NCBI GenBank assembly: GCA_035352355.1
Contig: DAOPXM010000009.1
Span: forward strand, 39,957 to 103,956
Length of the DNA: 64,000 nucleotides
Source of the DNA: Deltaproteobacteria bacterium
GTDB taxonomy: Bacteria > Desulfobacterota > Desulfomonilia > UBA1062
Direction: 5' to 3'
This document shows positions 26,699 through 35,875 of the stretch, piece after piece (position 1 is the stretch's first letter; each line of letters opens with the position of its first letter). Under the pieces are notes generated by a model. The model saw nothing but the letters and a program-made list of their open reading frames with translations. It ran no database searches and had not been told where the DNA came from. A program made the position numbers and the translations under genes.

Positions 26699-29600
26699 AT
26701 GAAGGTCTTTCGAGCTCATATACTGGTATGCGGCGGTACCGGCTGCAGGGCGTCCGGAAGCGAGGACGTCCATGGGGCAGTCGTCAGGGAAATAGCGGCA
26801 AAAGGGCTCTCAGATGAGGTCGCCATCGTCGAAACCGGCTGCAACGGTTTCTGCGCAGCAGGCCCCATCATGGTCATCTACCCCGAGGGCACCTTCTATC
26901 AGTACGTCAAGAGTGACGACGTAAAAGAGATCATCGAAGAGCACATCATCAAGGGCCGCCCGGTCCAGAGGCTCATGTACAGGGAGCCCGTCACCGAGAA
27001 GGCCATCCCCCACATGCTCGACATCCCCTTCTTCGGCAAGCAGCAGCTCATCGCTCTGAAGAACAGGGGCCTCATCGACGCCGAGAAGATCGACGAGTAC
27101 ATCGCCCGCGACGGCTACCTGGGCGCTGCCAAGGCGCTCACCGAGATGACCCAGGACGAGGTCATCGAGGAGGTGAAGAAGTCCGGTCTCCGCGGCAGAG
27201 GCGGCGGCGGTTTCCCCACCGGCATGAAGTGGCAGTTCGCCAAGAAGTCCCAGAGCGACATCAAGTTCATCCTCTGCAACGCCGACGAGGGCGACCCGGG
27301 CGCGTTCATGGACCGCTCGGTCCTCGAAGCCGACCCCCATGCAGTGCTCGAGGGCATGATCATCGGCGGCTATGCCATCGGCGCCAACAAGGGCTACATC
27401 TACTGCCGGGCCGAGTATCCGCTGGCCATCAAGCGCCTCGACATCGCCATCCGGCAGGCCAAGGAGTACGGCCTCCTGGGAGAGAACATCCTGGGCTCCA
27501 ACTACTCCCTGGACATCGAGGTCTACCAGGGCGCAGGCGCGTTCGTCTGCGGCGAAGAGACCGCGCTCATGGCATCCATCGAAGGCAAGCGCGGCATGCC
27601 CAGGCCCAGGCCCCCATTCCCTGCATCCCAGGGCCTGTGGAAGAAACCCTCGGTTCTAAACAACGTCGAAACCTTTGCCAACATCCCGCAGATCGTCCTG
27701 AAGGGTGGGGCATGGTACTCCTCCATCGGCACCGAGCGCTCCAAGGGCACCAAGGTGTTCGCGCTCACCGGTGCGGTGAACAACGTGGGTCTGGTGGAAG
27801 TCCCCATGGGCACCCCCATCGGCGACATCATCTTCGACATCGGCGGCGGCATCCCGGGCGGCAAGCAGTACAAGGCGGCCCAGCTGGGCGGCCCCTCCGG
27901 CGGCTGCATCCCGGCCTCGGCGCTGAACACACTCACCGACTATGAAGAAATCATCAAGCTCGGCGCCATCATGGGCTCCGGCGGCCTCATCGTCATGGAC
28001 GAGGACACCTGTATGGTGGACACGGCCCGGTTCTTCATGGAGTTCTGCCAGGAAGAGTCCTGCGGCAAGTGCACCCCGTGCCGTGAAGGCACCAAGCGCA
28101 TGCTTGAGGTCCTCCACCGGATCTGCCACGGCGAAGGCAAGGATGGGGACATCGAGCTCCTCGAAGAGCTCGCGGCCACCATCAAGGACTCCGCGCTCTG
28201 CGGCCTCGGCCAGACGGCCCCCAACCCCGTGCTCTCCACCATCCGCTACTTCAGGGACGAGTACGAGGCCCACATCTACGACAAGAAGTGCCCGGCAGCG
28301 GTGTGCTCCTCGCTGTTCAAATCCCCATGCCAGTCCGCATGCCCCATCGAGATGGACGTCCCGGCCTACATCGCGCTGATCAGGGCGGGCAGGCTGGAAG
28401 ACGCCTACAGGGTCATGCTCAGGACCAACCCGTTCCCCGGCGTCTGCGGCCGCGTGTGCCCGCAGTTCTGCGCCTCGAAGTGCCGCAGGCAGCAGCTCGA
28501 CGAGCCCATGGCCATCGCGTGGCTCAAGCGCTACATCGCAGACAACGGACGCAAGCCCGTCATCGAAGCCGTACCGGTCACCCGCAAGGAAAAGATCGCG
28601 GTCATCGGCGCAGGCCCGGCCGGTCTCACCGCTGCACAGGACCTGGCGAAGCGCGGCTACAAGGTAACGGTGTTCGAAGAGCTTCCCCATGCGGGCGGCA
28701 TGATGCGCTACGCCATCCCCGAGTACCGGCTCCCGAGAAACATCATCGAGGAAGAGGTGAAGGACATCGAAGCCCTGGGTGTCGAGATCAGGACCAACAC
28801 CAGGGTAGGCAAGGACATCACCTTTGACAAGCTCCGCAAGGACTATGACGTGGTGATTCTCGCAGTGGGCGCGCACAAGAGCTGGACGCTGGACATCGAG
28901 GGCGAAGACCTCCAGGGCGTCTGGGGCGCAACCGAGTTCCTCAGGGAAGTCAACCTGGGCAAGGACGTGAAGATCGGCTCCAAGGTCGCCATCGTGGGCG
29001 GCGGCAACTCCGCCATCGACGCGGCGAGGACCGCCGTGCGTCTCGGCGCCGGCGACGTCACCATTCTCTATCGCAGGGAGCGCAAGGACATGCCTGCCTG
29101 GGAGCATGAGATCGTGGCAGCCGAGCACGAAGGCGTGAAGATCGAATACCTCGTGGCCCCCGTGAAGCTCGTGGGCGAGAAAGGCAAGCTCACCGGCGTG
29201 GTCTGCCAGAAGATGAAGCTGGGCGAGTTCGACCGCTCCGGCAGGCGTAAGCCGGTCCCCATCCCCGGCAGCGAGTACACCATCTCCATCGACACCATCA
29301 TCCCGGCCATCTCCCAGTCGTCCGACACCACCTTCATCCCCGACGGGTCCGACGTGAAGAAGGACAAGTGGGGCGGCATCGAGAAGGTGGCCAAGAGCAA
29401 AAACAGGACGCTCGCCAAGGGCGTGTACATCATCGGCGACGCGGCCACCGGGCCGGCCACGGTGGTGGAAGCCATCGCCATGGGCCACGACGTGGCCAAG
29501 GACGTGGACGCCTCCATCAGGGCCTGGAACAACGAGCCCGCCTACAGGGAGCCCGAGGCCGATAAGATCGACATCCCGTTCGAGGTGAACGAGGAGCTTG

Positions 29601-29740
29601 TCGTCACGCCCAAGGAGTTCATGCCCGAGAAGGAGATCGCGGCGAGGGTGGCCAATTTCGCAGAGGTCGAGTTGGGCTACACGAAAGAAAAGGCCTACAA
29701 AGAGGCGTGCAGATGCCTCAGGTGCGATGCGGAGCTGTAA
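26699..29740 (+). CDS. hndC: NuoF-like flavoprotein subunit (HndC/HydB) fused to a C-terminal GltD/NfnB-like NAD(P)H oxidoreductase
   Basis: Trx-like N-domain (LVCGGTGC...CNGFC). NuoF core (GGGGFPTGMKWQF, ESCGKCTPCREG). Then KKCPAAVCSSLFKSPCQSACP, GVCGRVCPQFCASKCRR, VIGAGPAGLTAA and IVGGGNSAIDAA; 1013 aa. Confidence 0.9.
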   Translation: MKVFRAHILVCGGTGCRASGSEDVHGAVVREIAAKGLSDEVAIVETGCNGFCAAGPIMVIYPEGTFYQYVKSDDVKEIIEEHIIKGRPVQRLMYREPVTEKAIPHMLDIPFFGKQQLIALKNRGLIDAEKIDEYIARDGYLGAAKALTEMTQDEVIEEVKKSGLRGRGGGGFPTGMKWQFAKKSQSDIKFILCNADEGDPGAFMDRSVLEADPHAVLEGMIIGGYAIGANKGYIYCRAEYPLAIKRLDIAIRQAKEYGLLGENILGSNYSLDIEVYQGAGAFVCGEETALMASIEGKRGMPRPRPPFPASQGLWKKPSVLNNVETFANIPQIVLKGGAWYSSIGTERSKGTKVFALTGAVNNVGLVEVPMGTPIGDIIFDIGGGIPGGKQYKAAQLGGPSGGCIPASALNTLTDYEEIIKLGAIMGSGGLIVMDEDTCMVDTARFFMEFCQEESCGKCTPCREGTKRMLEVLHRICHGEGKDGDIELLEELAATIKDSALCGLGQTAPNPVLSTIRYFRDEYEAHIYDKKCPAAVCSSLFKSPCQSACPIEMDVPAYIALIRAGRLEDAYRVMLRTNPFPGVCGRVCPQFCASKCRRQQLDEPMAIAWLKRYIADNGRKPVIEAVPVTRKEKIAVIGAGPAGLTAAQDLAKRGYKVTVFEELPHAGGMMRYAIPEYRLPRNIIEEEVKDIEALGVEIRTNTRVGKDITFDKLRKDYDVVILAVGAHKSWTLDIEGEDLQGVWGATEFLREVNLGKDVKIGSKVAIVGGGNSAIDAARTAVRLGAGDVTILYRRERKDMPAWEHEIVAAEHEGVKIEYLVAPVKLVGEKGKLTGVVCQKMKLGEFDRSGRRKPVPIPGSEYTISIDTIIPAISQSSDTTFIPDGSDVKKDKWGGIEKVAKSKNRTLAKGVYIIGDAATGPATVVEAIAMGHDVAKDVDASIRAWNNEPAYREPEADKIDIPFEVNEELVVTPKEFMPEKEIAARVANFAEVELGYTKEKAYKEACRCLRCDAEL

Positions 29741-29779
29741 GGGCCCCGCAGGTCGTTTTCTTGAAAATGGGGTAAAACT

Positions 29780-31582
29780 ATGGCGAATGTCAATGTAACT
29801 ATTGATAATATAAAAGTCAGTGTCGAAGAGGGATCCACCATCCTCGATGCGGCCAAGGCCGCCGGCATCAAGATACCCACCCTGTGCGCATGGCCTGAGA
29901 TCGATCACAGACCCGGCGCATGCAGGGTGTGCGTAGTCGAGGTTGACGGTCAGAGGAACCTCGTCGCCTCCTGCGTGTTCCCGGTGAACGAGGGCATGGT
30001 GGTCAAGACCACCACGGAGCGGGTGCGCAAGGCAAGGAAGCTCAACGTCGAGCTCCTGCTTTCGAACCACCCCACCGAGTGCAACGTCTGCGTGCGCAAC
30101 GGCAACTGCGACCTCCAGGTCGTGGCCGAGGCCGTGGGCCTGCGCGAGGTGCGCTTCACGTATCCCCAGTACGTTGCAACAGACTATATCGACGACTCGA
30201 GCCCGTCCGTGGTGCGCGACGCCCGGAAGTGCATCAAGTGTTACCGCTGCGTGACCGTGTGCGACCAGGTACAGACCGCCTCGGTCCTGTCCCCCACCTT
30301 CAGGGGCGACGACGTGCGCATCGGCCCGGCGTTCAACCTGCCGCTGCTCGAAACCAACTGCACCAACTGCGGACAGTGCATCCTGGCCTGCCCGGTGGGC
30401 GCCCTGTACGAGAAGGACGACACCGAACACGTCTGGGCTGCGCTCAACGACCCCACGAAGCACGTGGTCGTCCAGGAGGCCCCGGCCATCCGCGCGGCCC
30501 TGGGCGAGGACCTCGGCATGCCGATAGGCTCCCTGGTCACGGGCAAGATGCTCACGGCCTTGAGGAGGCTCGGCTTCGACAAGGTGTTCGACACCAACTT
30601 CACGGCGGACCTCACCATCATCGAGGAAGGCAACGAGCTGCTCCAGCGGGTGAAAACCGGCGGGAAGCTCCCCATGATCACTTCGTGCTCGCCCGGTTGG
30701 ATCAAGTTCTGCGAGCACTTCTATCCCGACCTCCTCGACCACCTCTCCACCTGCAAGTCGCCCCAGCAGATGATGGGCGCCCTCATCAAGACGTACTACG
30801 CCCAGCAGGCGGGCATCGACCCCAAGGACATCGTGTCGGTCTCCATCATGCCCTGCACGGCCAAGAAGTTCGAATGTCAGCGTGATGAGATGCGGGACAG
30901 CGGGTATCAGGACGTGGATTACGTGCTCACCACCCGTGAGCTCAGCCGCATGATCAGGCAGGCGGGCATCGACTTCGCGAGCCTGCCCGATGGCGACTAC
31001 GACAACCCCCTCGGCGAGTACACCGGCGCCGGCACCATCTTCGGCGCAACCGGAGGCGTCATGGAAGCGGCCCTTCGCACGGTGTACGCCGTGGTCACCG
31101 GAACCAATCTCGAAAGCCTCGACATCACCCCGGTCCGCGGACTCGAGGGCGTGAAGGAGGCGGCGGTCGAGGTCGGCCCCCTGGGCAAGGTCAAGGTTGC
31201 CGTCGCCCATGGGCTCAGCAATGCACGTAAGCTCATGGACAGGATCCGTGAAGGCACGGCCGACTATGCCTTCATCGAGGTCATGTGCTGCCCCGGCGGC
31301 TGCATCAGCGGCGGCGGACAGCCCATCGCGCCCAGCAACGAAAAGAGGATCCAGCGCTCCGCAGCCCTCTACAAGGATGACAATGCGGTGCAGAAGTTCC
31401 GCCAGTCTCACGAGAACCCGTCCGTGAAGAGGATCTACGAGGTCTTCCTCAAGGAGCCCCTCGGACACAAGTCCCACGAGCTGCTCCACACGCACTACTG
31501 CAAGCGCGGCACCGATCTGCCCCATGTGAAGGGTGCGGAGCTCGAGGTGAATGAGGAACACGCGACGAAAGCAGCACACTAG
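29780..31582 (+). CDS. hndD: [FeFe]-hydrogenase catalytic subunit (HndD/HydA, M3-type with SSU-like tail)
   Basis: 2Fe-2S (CAWPEIDHRPGACRVC), His-ligated cluster (HPTECNVCVRNGNC), 2x[4Fe-4S], and H-cluster motifs TSCSPGW, MPCTAKKFE and EVMCCPGGCISGGGQP; 600 aa. Confidence 0.95.
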   Translation: MANVNVTIDNIKVSVEEGSTILDAAKAAGIKIPTLCAWPEIDHRPGACRVCVVEVDGQRNLVASCVFPVNEGMVVKTTTERVRKARKLNVELLLSNHPTECNVCVRNGNCDLQVVAEAVGLREVRFTYPQYVATDYIDDSSPSVVRDARKCIKCYRCVTVCDQVQTASVLSPTFRGDDVRIGPAFNLPLLETNCTNCGQCILACPVGALYEKDDTEHVWAALNDPTKHVVVQEAPAIRAALGEDLGMPIGSLVTGKMLTALRRLGFDKVFDTNFTADLTIIEEGNELLQRVKTGGKLPMITSCSPGWIKFCEHFYPDLLDHLSTCKSPQQMMGALIKTYYAQQAGIDPKDIVSVSIMPCTAKKFECQRDEMRDSGYQDVDYVLTTRELSRMIRQAGIDFASLPDGDYDNPLGEYTGAGTIFGATGGVMEAALRTVYAVVTGTNLESLDITPVRGLEGVKEAAVEVGPLGKVKVAVAHGLSNARKLMDRIREGTADYAFIEVMCCPGGCISGGGQPIAPSNEKRIQRSAALYKDDNAVQKFRQSHENPSVKRIYEVFLKEPLGHKSHELLHTHYCKRGTDLPHVKGAELEVNEEHATKAAH

Positions 31583-31687
31583 AGAACATCCCTTGAAACA
31601 GGGGGGCAACCCCCTATAAGAAAAGGGAAACCTGCCTGCGGGGGAGGCCAGAGGCTGACCTTTAGGGAAGGATGAGGGAAAGAACAG

Positions 31688-31726
31688 AGGCCCTTGCCGT
31701 CCTCGCATGGCAAGGGCCTTTTTTTG
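31688..31726 (+). terminator. rho-independent terminator between hndD and the maturase genes
   Basis: 11-bp perfect stem AGGCCCTTGCC/GGCAAGGGCCT with a 10-nt loop, followed by T7. Confidence 0.7.
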
Positions 31727-31748
31727 TGCCCGCTTCCCGGAGGAGAAC

Positions 31749-32006
31749 ATGGAAGAAAAGACACGGAGGATCGGGGTCGTGAGCATCATCATCACGGACC
31801 GGAAGGAATCGGCCCGGGAGGTGAACGACATCCTCAGCAGGCACGGAGAGATCATCATCGGCAGGATGGGCCTGCCCTACGAGCCCCGCCACATCCACAT
31901 CATCGCGCTCATCATCAACGGGACCACCGACGAGGTGGGCGCACTCACCGGCAAGCTCGGCTCCCTGCGAGGGGTGGAGGTCAAGTCGGCCCTGACCAGG
32001 ATATGA
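31749..32006 (+). CDS. TM1266-like ACT-fold protein (putative iron-only hydrogenase system regulator)
   Basis: The 85-aa product RRIGVVSIIITDRKESAREVNDILSRHGEIIIGRMGLPY...IALIINGTTDEVGALTGKLGSLRGVEVKS matches the family pattern from memory. GGAGGAG RBS. Its stop overlaps the hydG ATG. Confidence 0.7.
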   Translation: MEEKTRRIGVVSIIITDRKESAREVNDILSRHGEIIIGRMGLPYEPRHIHIIALIINGTTDEVGALTGKLGSLRGVEVKSALTRI

Positions 32007-33415
32007 AAACCGAGGTGCTCATGAAGGACTTTATCAACGATCAAGCGATCATCGACCTGCTCGACAGATCCCTCAATCCCCATGACGCCCGGGTCAGGGA
32101 GATCATAGCGAAATCCAGGGAGCTCAAGGGCCTGGACCCCGAAGAGGCGGCTGTGCTCCTCCAGGTCCGGGATCCGGAGCTCAACGGCCTCATCTTCGAG
32201 GCCGCCCACGACATCAAGAACGCCATCTACGGCAACCGGCTCGTGATGTTCGCGCCCCTGTACACCTCGAACCGCTGCTCCAACAACTGCCTCTACTGCG
32301 GGTTCAGGAGGGACAACCGGGAGCTCAAGAGGGTTTCGCTCACCTTGGACGAGATCGCCGAAGAGGTGAGGATCCTCGAGCGCCAGGGCCACAAGCGCCT
32401 CCTCATGCTCTGCGGGGAGCAGAAGGGCGGGAGAACGCTCGACCGCTTCATCGAGGCCATCGAAACGGCGTACGCCACCACAACGGAAGGTGGGGGCGAG
32501 ATCCGGCGGATCAACGTGGAGGTGGCGCCCCAGGACGTGGAGGGGTTCAGGCGACTCAAGGCCGCGAACATCGGCACCTACGTCCTGTTCCAGGAGACCT
32601 ACCACCACGCCACCTACAAGGCCATGCACCCGAGCGGGCCCAAGGCCGACTACCTCTGGCGCCTGTCCGCCATGGACCGGGCCATGGAGGCCGGCATCGA
32701 CGATGTGGGCATCGGCGCCCTGTTCGGGCTCTGCGACTACAGGTTCGACGTCCTGGGCCTGCTCCACCACGCCCGGTACCTCGACGAAAAGTTCGGGGTG
32801 GGTCCGCACACCATGTCCGTGCCGAGGCTCGAGCCGGCCCTGAACGCACCTGCGGCCATCAGGCCGCCGAACCCGGTGAGCGATTACGACTTCAAGCGCA
32901 TCGTGGCCATCATCCGGATGTCCGTGCCCTACACCGGGATCATCCTCTCCACCAGGGAACGGCCGGAGGTCAGGCGCGAAATCTTCAAGGTGGGCATATC
33001 CCAGATCAGCGCAGGGTCCCGCACCAACCCCGGCGGCTACCACAACGGCGTGGAGGGCATGGACGATGCCGCCCAGTTCAACCTGGGCGACACACGCTCT
33101 CTCGACGAGGTCATCCTCGACATCTCGAAGGAAGGCCACATACCGAGCTTCTGCACCGCCTGCTACCGGCTGGGCCGCACAGGCAGCGACTTCATGGACC
33201 TGGCGAAGCCCGGGCTCATCCAGAAGTTCTGCCGCACCAACGCCATCATGACCTATCTCGAATACCTCGTGGACTACGCATCCCCCGAGACCAGGAGGGT
33301 GGGTGAGGAGCTCATCGGGCGCCTCGTGTCCGAGACGGGCGACAACGGCACCCGGCGTCTCCTCGAGGAGAGGCTCGAAAAGATCAGGAAGGGTGAGCGT
33401 GACCTGTACATCTGA
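32003..33415 (+). CDS. hydG: [FeFe]-hydrogenase maturase HydG (radical SAM tyrosine lyase)
   Basis: CSNNCLYCGFRRDN radical-SAM motif and the C-terminal CTACYRLGRTG...FC (CX2CX22C) auxiliary cluster motif. Confidence 0.95.
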   Translation: MKTEVLMKDFINDQAIIDLLDRSLNPHDARVREIIAKSRELKGLDPEEAAVLLQVRDPELNGLIFEAAHDIKNAIYGNRLVMFAPLYTSNRCSNNCLYCGFRRDNRELKRVSLTLDEIAEEVRILERQGHKRLLMLCGEQKGGRTLDRFIEAIETAYATTTEGGGEIRRINVEVAPQDVEGFRRLKAANIGTYVLFQETYHHATYKAMHPSGPKADYLWRLSAMDRAMEAGIDDVGIGALFGLCDYRFDVLGLLHHARYLDEKFGVGPHTMSVPRLEPALNAPAAIRPPNPVSDYDFKRIVAIIRMSVPYTGIILSTRERPEVRREIFKVGISQISAGSRTNPGGYHNGVEGMDDAAQFNLGDTRSLDEVILDISKEGHIPSFCTACYRLGRTGSDFMDLAKPGLIQKFCRTNAIMTYLEYLVDYASPETRRVGEELIGRLVSETGDNGTRRLLEERLEKIRKGERDLYI

Positions 33416-34496
33416 GACTCTCCGCATCATAGAGAAGGCCGCGCAGGGGGACGTGACGGGCAGGGAGGAGATCGTCCGCCTCCTTGAGCTCGATGCACCC
33501 GAAGAGCTAGACGCCCTGTTCAGGGCCGCCGACCGCATGAGAAAGGCCTGCGTGGGGGACGAGATCTTCCTCAGGGGGATCATCGAGTTCTCCGGCTACT
33601 GCAGCAGGAACTGCCACTACTGCGGGCTCAGGGCCCAGAACCGGGAGGTCGTCCGCTACCGGATCCCGGAAGACGAGATCGTGGCCAGGGCTCACGGCCT
33701 CTGGGAAAGGCAGTGCACCACTGTGGTCCTCCAGTCAGGGGAGGACCGCTTCTACGACAGGGAGCGGATGTGCTCGCTGATCCGCAGGATCAAGGCCGAG
33801 ACCGACCTCGCCATCACCCTGTCCATCGGCGAGCGCAGCCTTGAAGACTACCGGGCCTTCAAGGAGGCCGGCGCCGACCGCTACCTGCTTAGGCACGAGA
33901 CGGCAAATGCAGGGCTCTACCGGAAGCTCCATCCCGGCTACGAGCTCGAAGACCGGATTCAGTGCCTGAGATGGCTGAAAGGGCTCGGGTACGAAGTGGG
34001 GTCGGGGTGCATCGTCGGCCTGCCAGGCCAGACCGTGCACGACCTGGCGGACGACGTGCTCCTCATCAGGGCCCTCGACATCGACATGATCGGGGTGGGG
34101 CCGTTCATCCCGCATCCCGGGACGCCGCTCAGGGATGCTCCCGCCGGAAGCACGGACCTGGTCCTGAAGATGCTCGCGGTGCTCAGGCTCCTGACCAGGG
34201 ACACGAACATACCCGCCACCACGGCCCTGGGCGTCCTCGACCCGGGTGCCAGGAGAAATGCGTTCCTCGCCGGGGCGAACGTGTTCATGCCCAACTTCAC
34301 CCCGGTCCGGTACATGGAGCTCTACGAGATCTACCCGGGCAAGGGCCCGGAGGCCGGAACCATCGCAAAGGCATCGGAGGGCGGCTATGTCGCCCTGTTC
34401 GAGGGCATGGGCAGGACCATAGGCAGGGGCTGCGGGTACCGGGAAAAGAAGGCCTGCCCGCGGGAGCCCGGAAGCTGTGCGGGAGGCGCTGCATGA
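33399..34496 (+). CDS. hydE: [FeFe]-hydrogenase maturase HydE (radical SAM)
   Basis: IIEFSGYCSRNCHYCGLRAQN with biotin-synthase-like architecture. GTG start at 33399 (33393 is an alternative) overlaps the 3' end of hydG. Confidence 0.9.
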   Translation: MTCTSETLRIIEKAAQGDVTGREEIVRLLELDAPEELDALFRAADRMRKACVGDEIFLRGIIEFSGYCSRNCHYCGLRAQNREVVRYRIPEDEIVARAHGLWERQCTTVVLQSGEDRFYDRERMCSLIRRIKAETDLAITLSIGERSLEDYRAFKEAGADRYLLRHETANAGLYRKLHPGYELEDRIQCLRWLKGLGYEVGSGCIVGLPGQTVHDLADDVLLIRALDIDMIGVGPFIPHPGTPLRDAPAGSTDLVLKMLAVLRLLTRDTNIPATTALGVLDPGARRNAFLAGANVFMPNFTPVRYMELYEIYPGKGPEAGTIAKASEGGYVALFEGMGRTIGRGCGYREKKACPREPGSCAGGAA

Positions 34497-35875
34497 GGAA
34501 GGAGAAGGACTCCATCGGATATTTCGACATCCCGGATGACGCCTTTTACGGGATCCACACGGCCCGCGCCGTCGACAACTTCGGGGAGGGCAGGCACGAC
34601 GGGCTCTTCGTCACCGCGTACCTGCAGGTGAAGAAGGCCGCGGCCCTGGCCAACGGGGAGCTGGGCTTTCTCGACCCCGAGAGGGCGGGGGCCATCGTCT
34701 CCGCCATCGACGCCCTCATCGCCGACGGTTCGTACGGGGACATCGTGGTGAACCCCCTGAGCGGGGGCGCAGGCACCTCCCTCAACATGAACATAAACGA
34801 GGTGGTGGCAAACCACGCTTTGGCCCTCTCCGGAAGAGGGAAGGGGGACTACGGCCATATCCACCCCCTGGACCACGTGAACCTGCACCAGTCCACCAAC
34901 GACACCTACCCGAGCGCCCTGCGCATCGCCATGCTCGTACACCTGAACCGGCTCGAAGGGGAGCTCGCCTCGCTGCAGGAGGCCCTCCAGGCAAAGGAAA
35001 AGGAGTTCGCGGGCATCGTCAGGCTCGGCCGCACCGAGCTCCAGGACGCCCTGCCCATGACCGTGGGCATGCAGTTCTCGGCGTGGGCCGAGGCCATCGC
35101 CCGGGATCGGTGGCGCATCTTCAAGGCCCGGGAGCGGATCAAGGCGCTCAATCTCGGCGGCACGGCCATCGGAACCGGGTTCAATGCGCCCCGGAGGTAC
35201 ATCTTCCTGGTGCTCGAGAAGCTCAAGGAGATCACCCGGCTGGGTGTGACCCGGGCGGAGAACATGCTCGAGGCCACCCAGAACCTCGACGCGGTGGTTG
35301 AAGTATCCGGGCTCATGAAGACCCTGGCCGTGAACCTCCTGAAGATCGCCGAGGACATCCGGCTCCTGTCCTCCGGCCCTGCGGGCGGGATCGGCGAGCT
35401 CAAGCTCGAGCCCCTCCAGGAGGGATCGTCCATCATGCCCGGCAAGGTCAACCCGGTGATGCCCGAGTTCGTGAGCCAGGCCGCCCTCCTGGTCATGGCC
35501 AACGATCAGGCCATCACCCACGCGGCAGGACTCGGCAACCTCGAGCTCAACCAGTTCTCCCCCCTGGTGGCCACCCTTATGCTCCGGAACTTCACCCTGC
35601 TGTCCAGGGCAGTGACCGGTCTCGACCGAAAGGTGATCAGGACGATCGGGGTGAACGAGGATAGGATGAAGGCGCACCTCACGAACTCGGTGGCCCTGCT
35701 CACCTACCTCACGGCCCACATCGGGCACGACCTTGCCGCCGATGTGTACATGAAGATGAAAGCGAGCGGGAAGAGCGCCCGGGAGATCATCGTTGGAGAA
35801 GGGATCATGACACCTGAGAAATTCGACGAGCTGACCGCGCCGGAGCGGATCAGCATGGCGGGGTACAGGCCATGA
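34493..35875 (+). CDS. aspA: aspartate ammonia-lyase / class II fumarase-family lyase embedded in the hyd maturase cluster
   Basis: Fumarate-lyase signature GSSIMPGKVNPV, and TNDTYPSA. ATGA overlaps at both ends (34493-96 and 35872-75). Confidence 0.85.
   Translation: MRKEKDSIGYFDIPDDAFYGIHTARAVDNFGEGRHDGLFVTAYLQVKKAAALANGELGFLDPERAGAIVSAIDALIADGSYGDIVVNPLSGGAGTSLNMNINEVVANHALALSGRGKGDYGHIHPLDHVNLHQSTNDTYPSALRIAMLVHLNRLEGELASLQEALQAKEKEFAGIVRLGRTELQDALPMTVGMQFSAWAEAIARDRWRIFKARERIKALNLGGTAIGTGFNAPRRYIFLVLEKLKEITRLGVTRAENMLEATQNLDAVVEVSGLMKTLAVNLLKIAEDIRLLSSGPAGGIGELKLEPLQEGSSIMPGKVNPVMPEFVSQAALLVMANDQAITHAAGLGNLELNQFSPLVATLMLRNFTLLSRAVTGLDRKVIRTIGVNEDRMKAHLTNSVALLTYLTAHIGHDLAADVYMKMKASGKSAREIIVGEGIMTPEKFDELTAPERISMAGYRP

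Noticed and set aside
27656-31858. 1400-aa ORF on the minus strand, the longest ORF in the track.
   Set aside because: It is entirely antisense to the strongly motif-supported hndC and hndD genes. Its composition is dominated by G/A/R/D/H/L/V with no recognisable motif, which is the classic high-GC shadow ORF.
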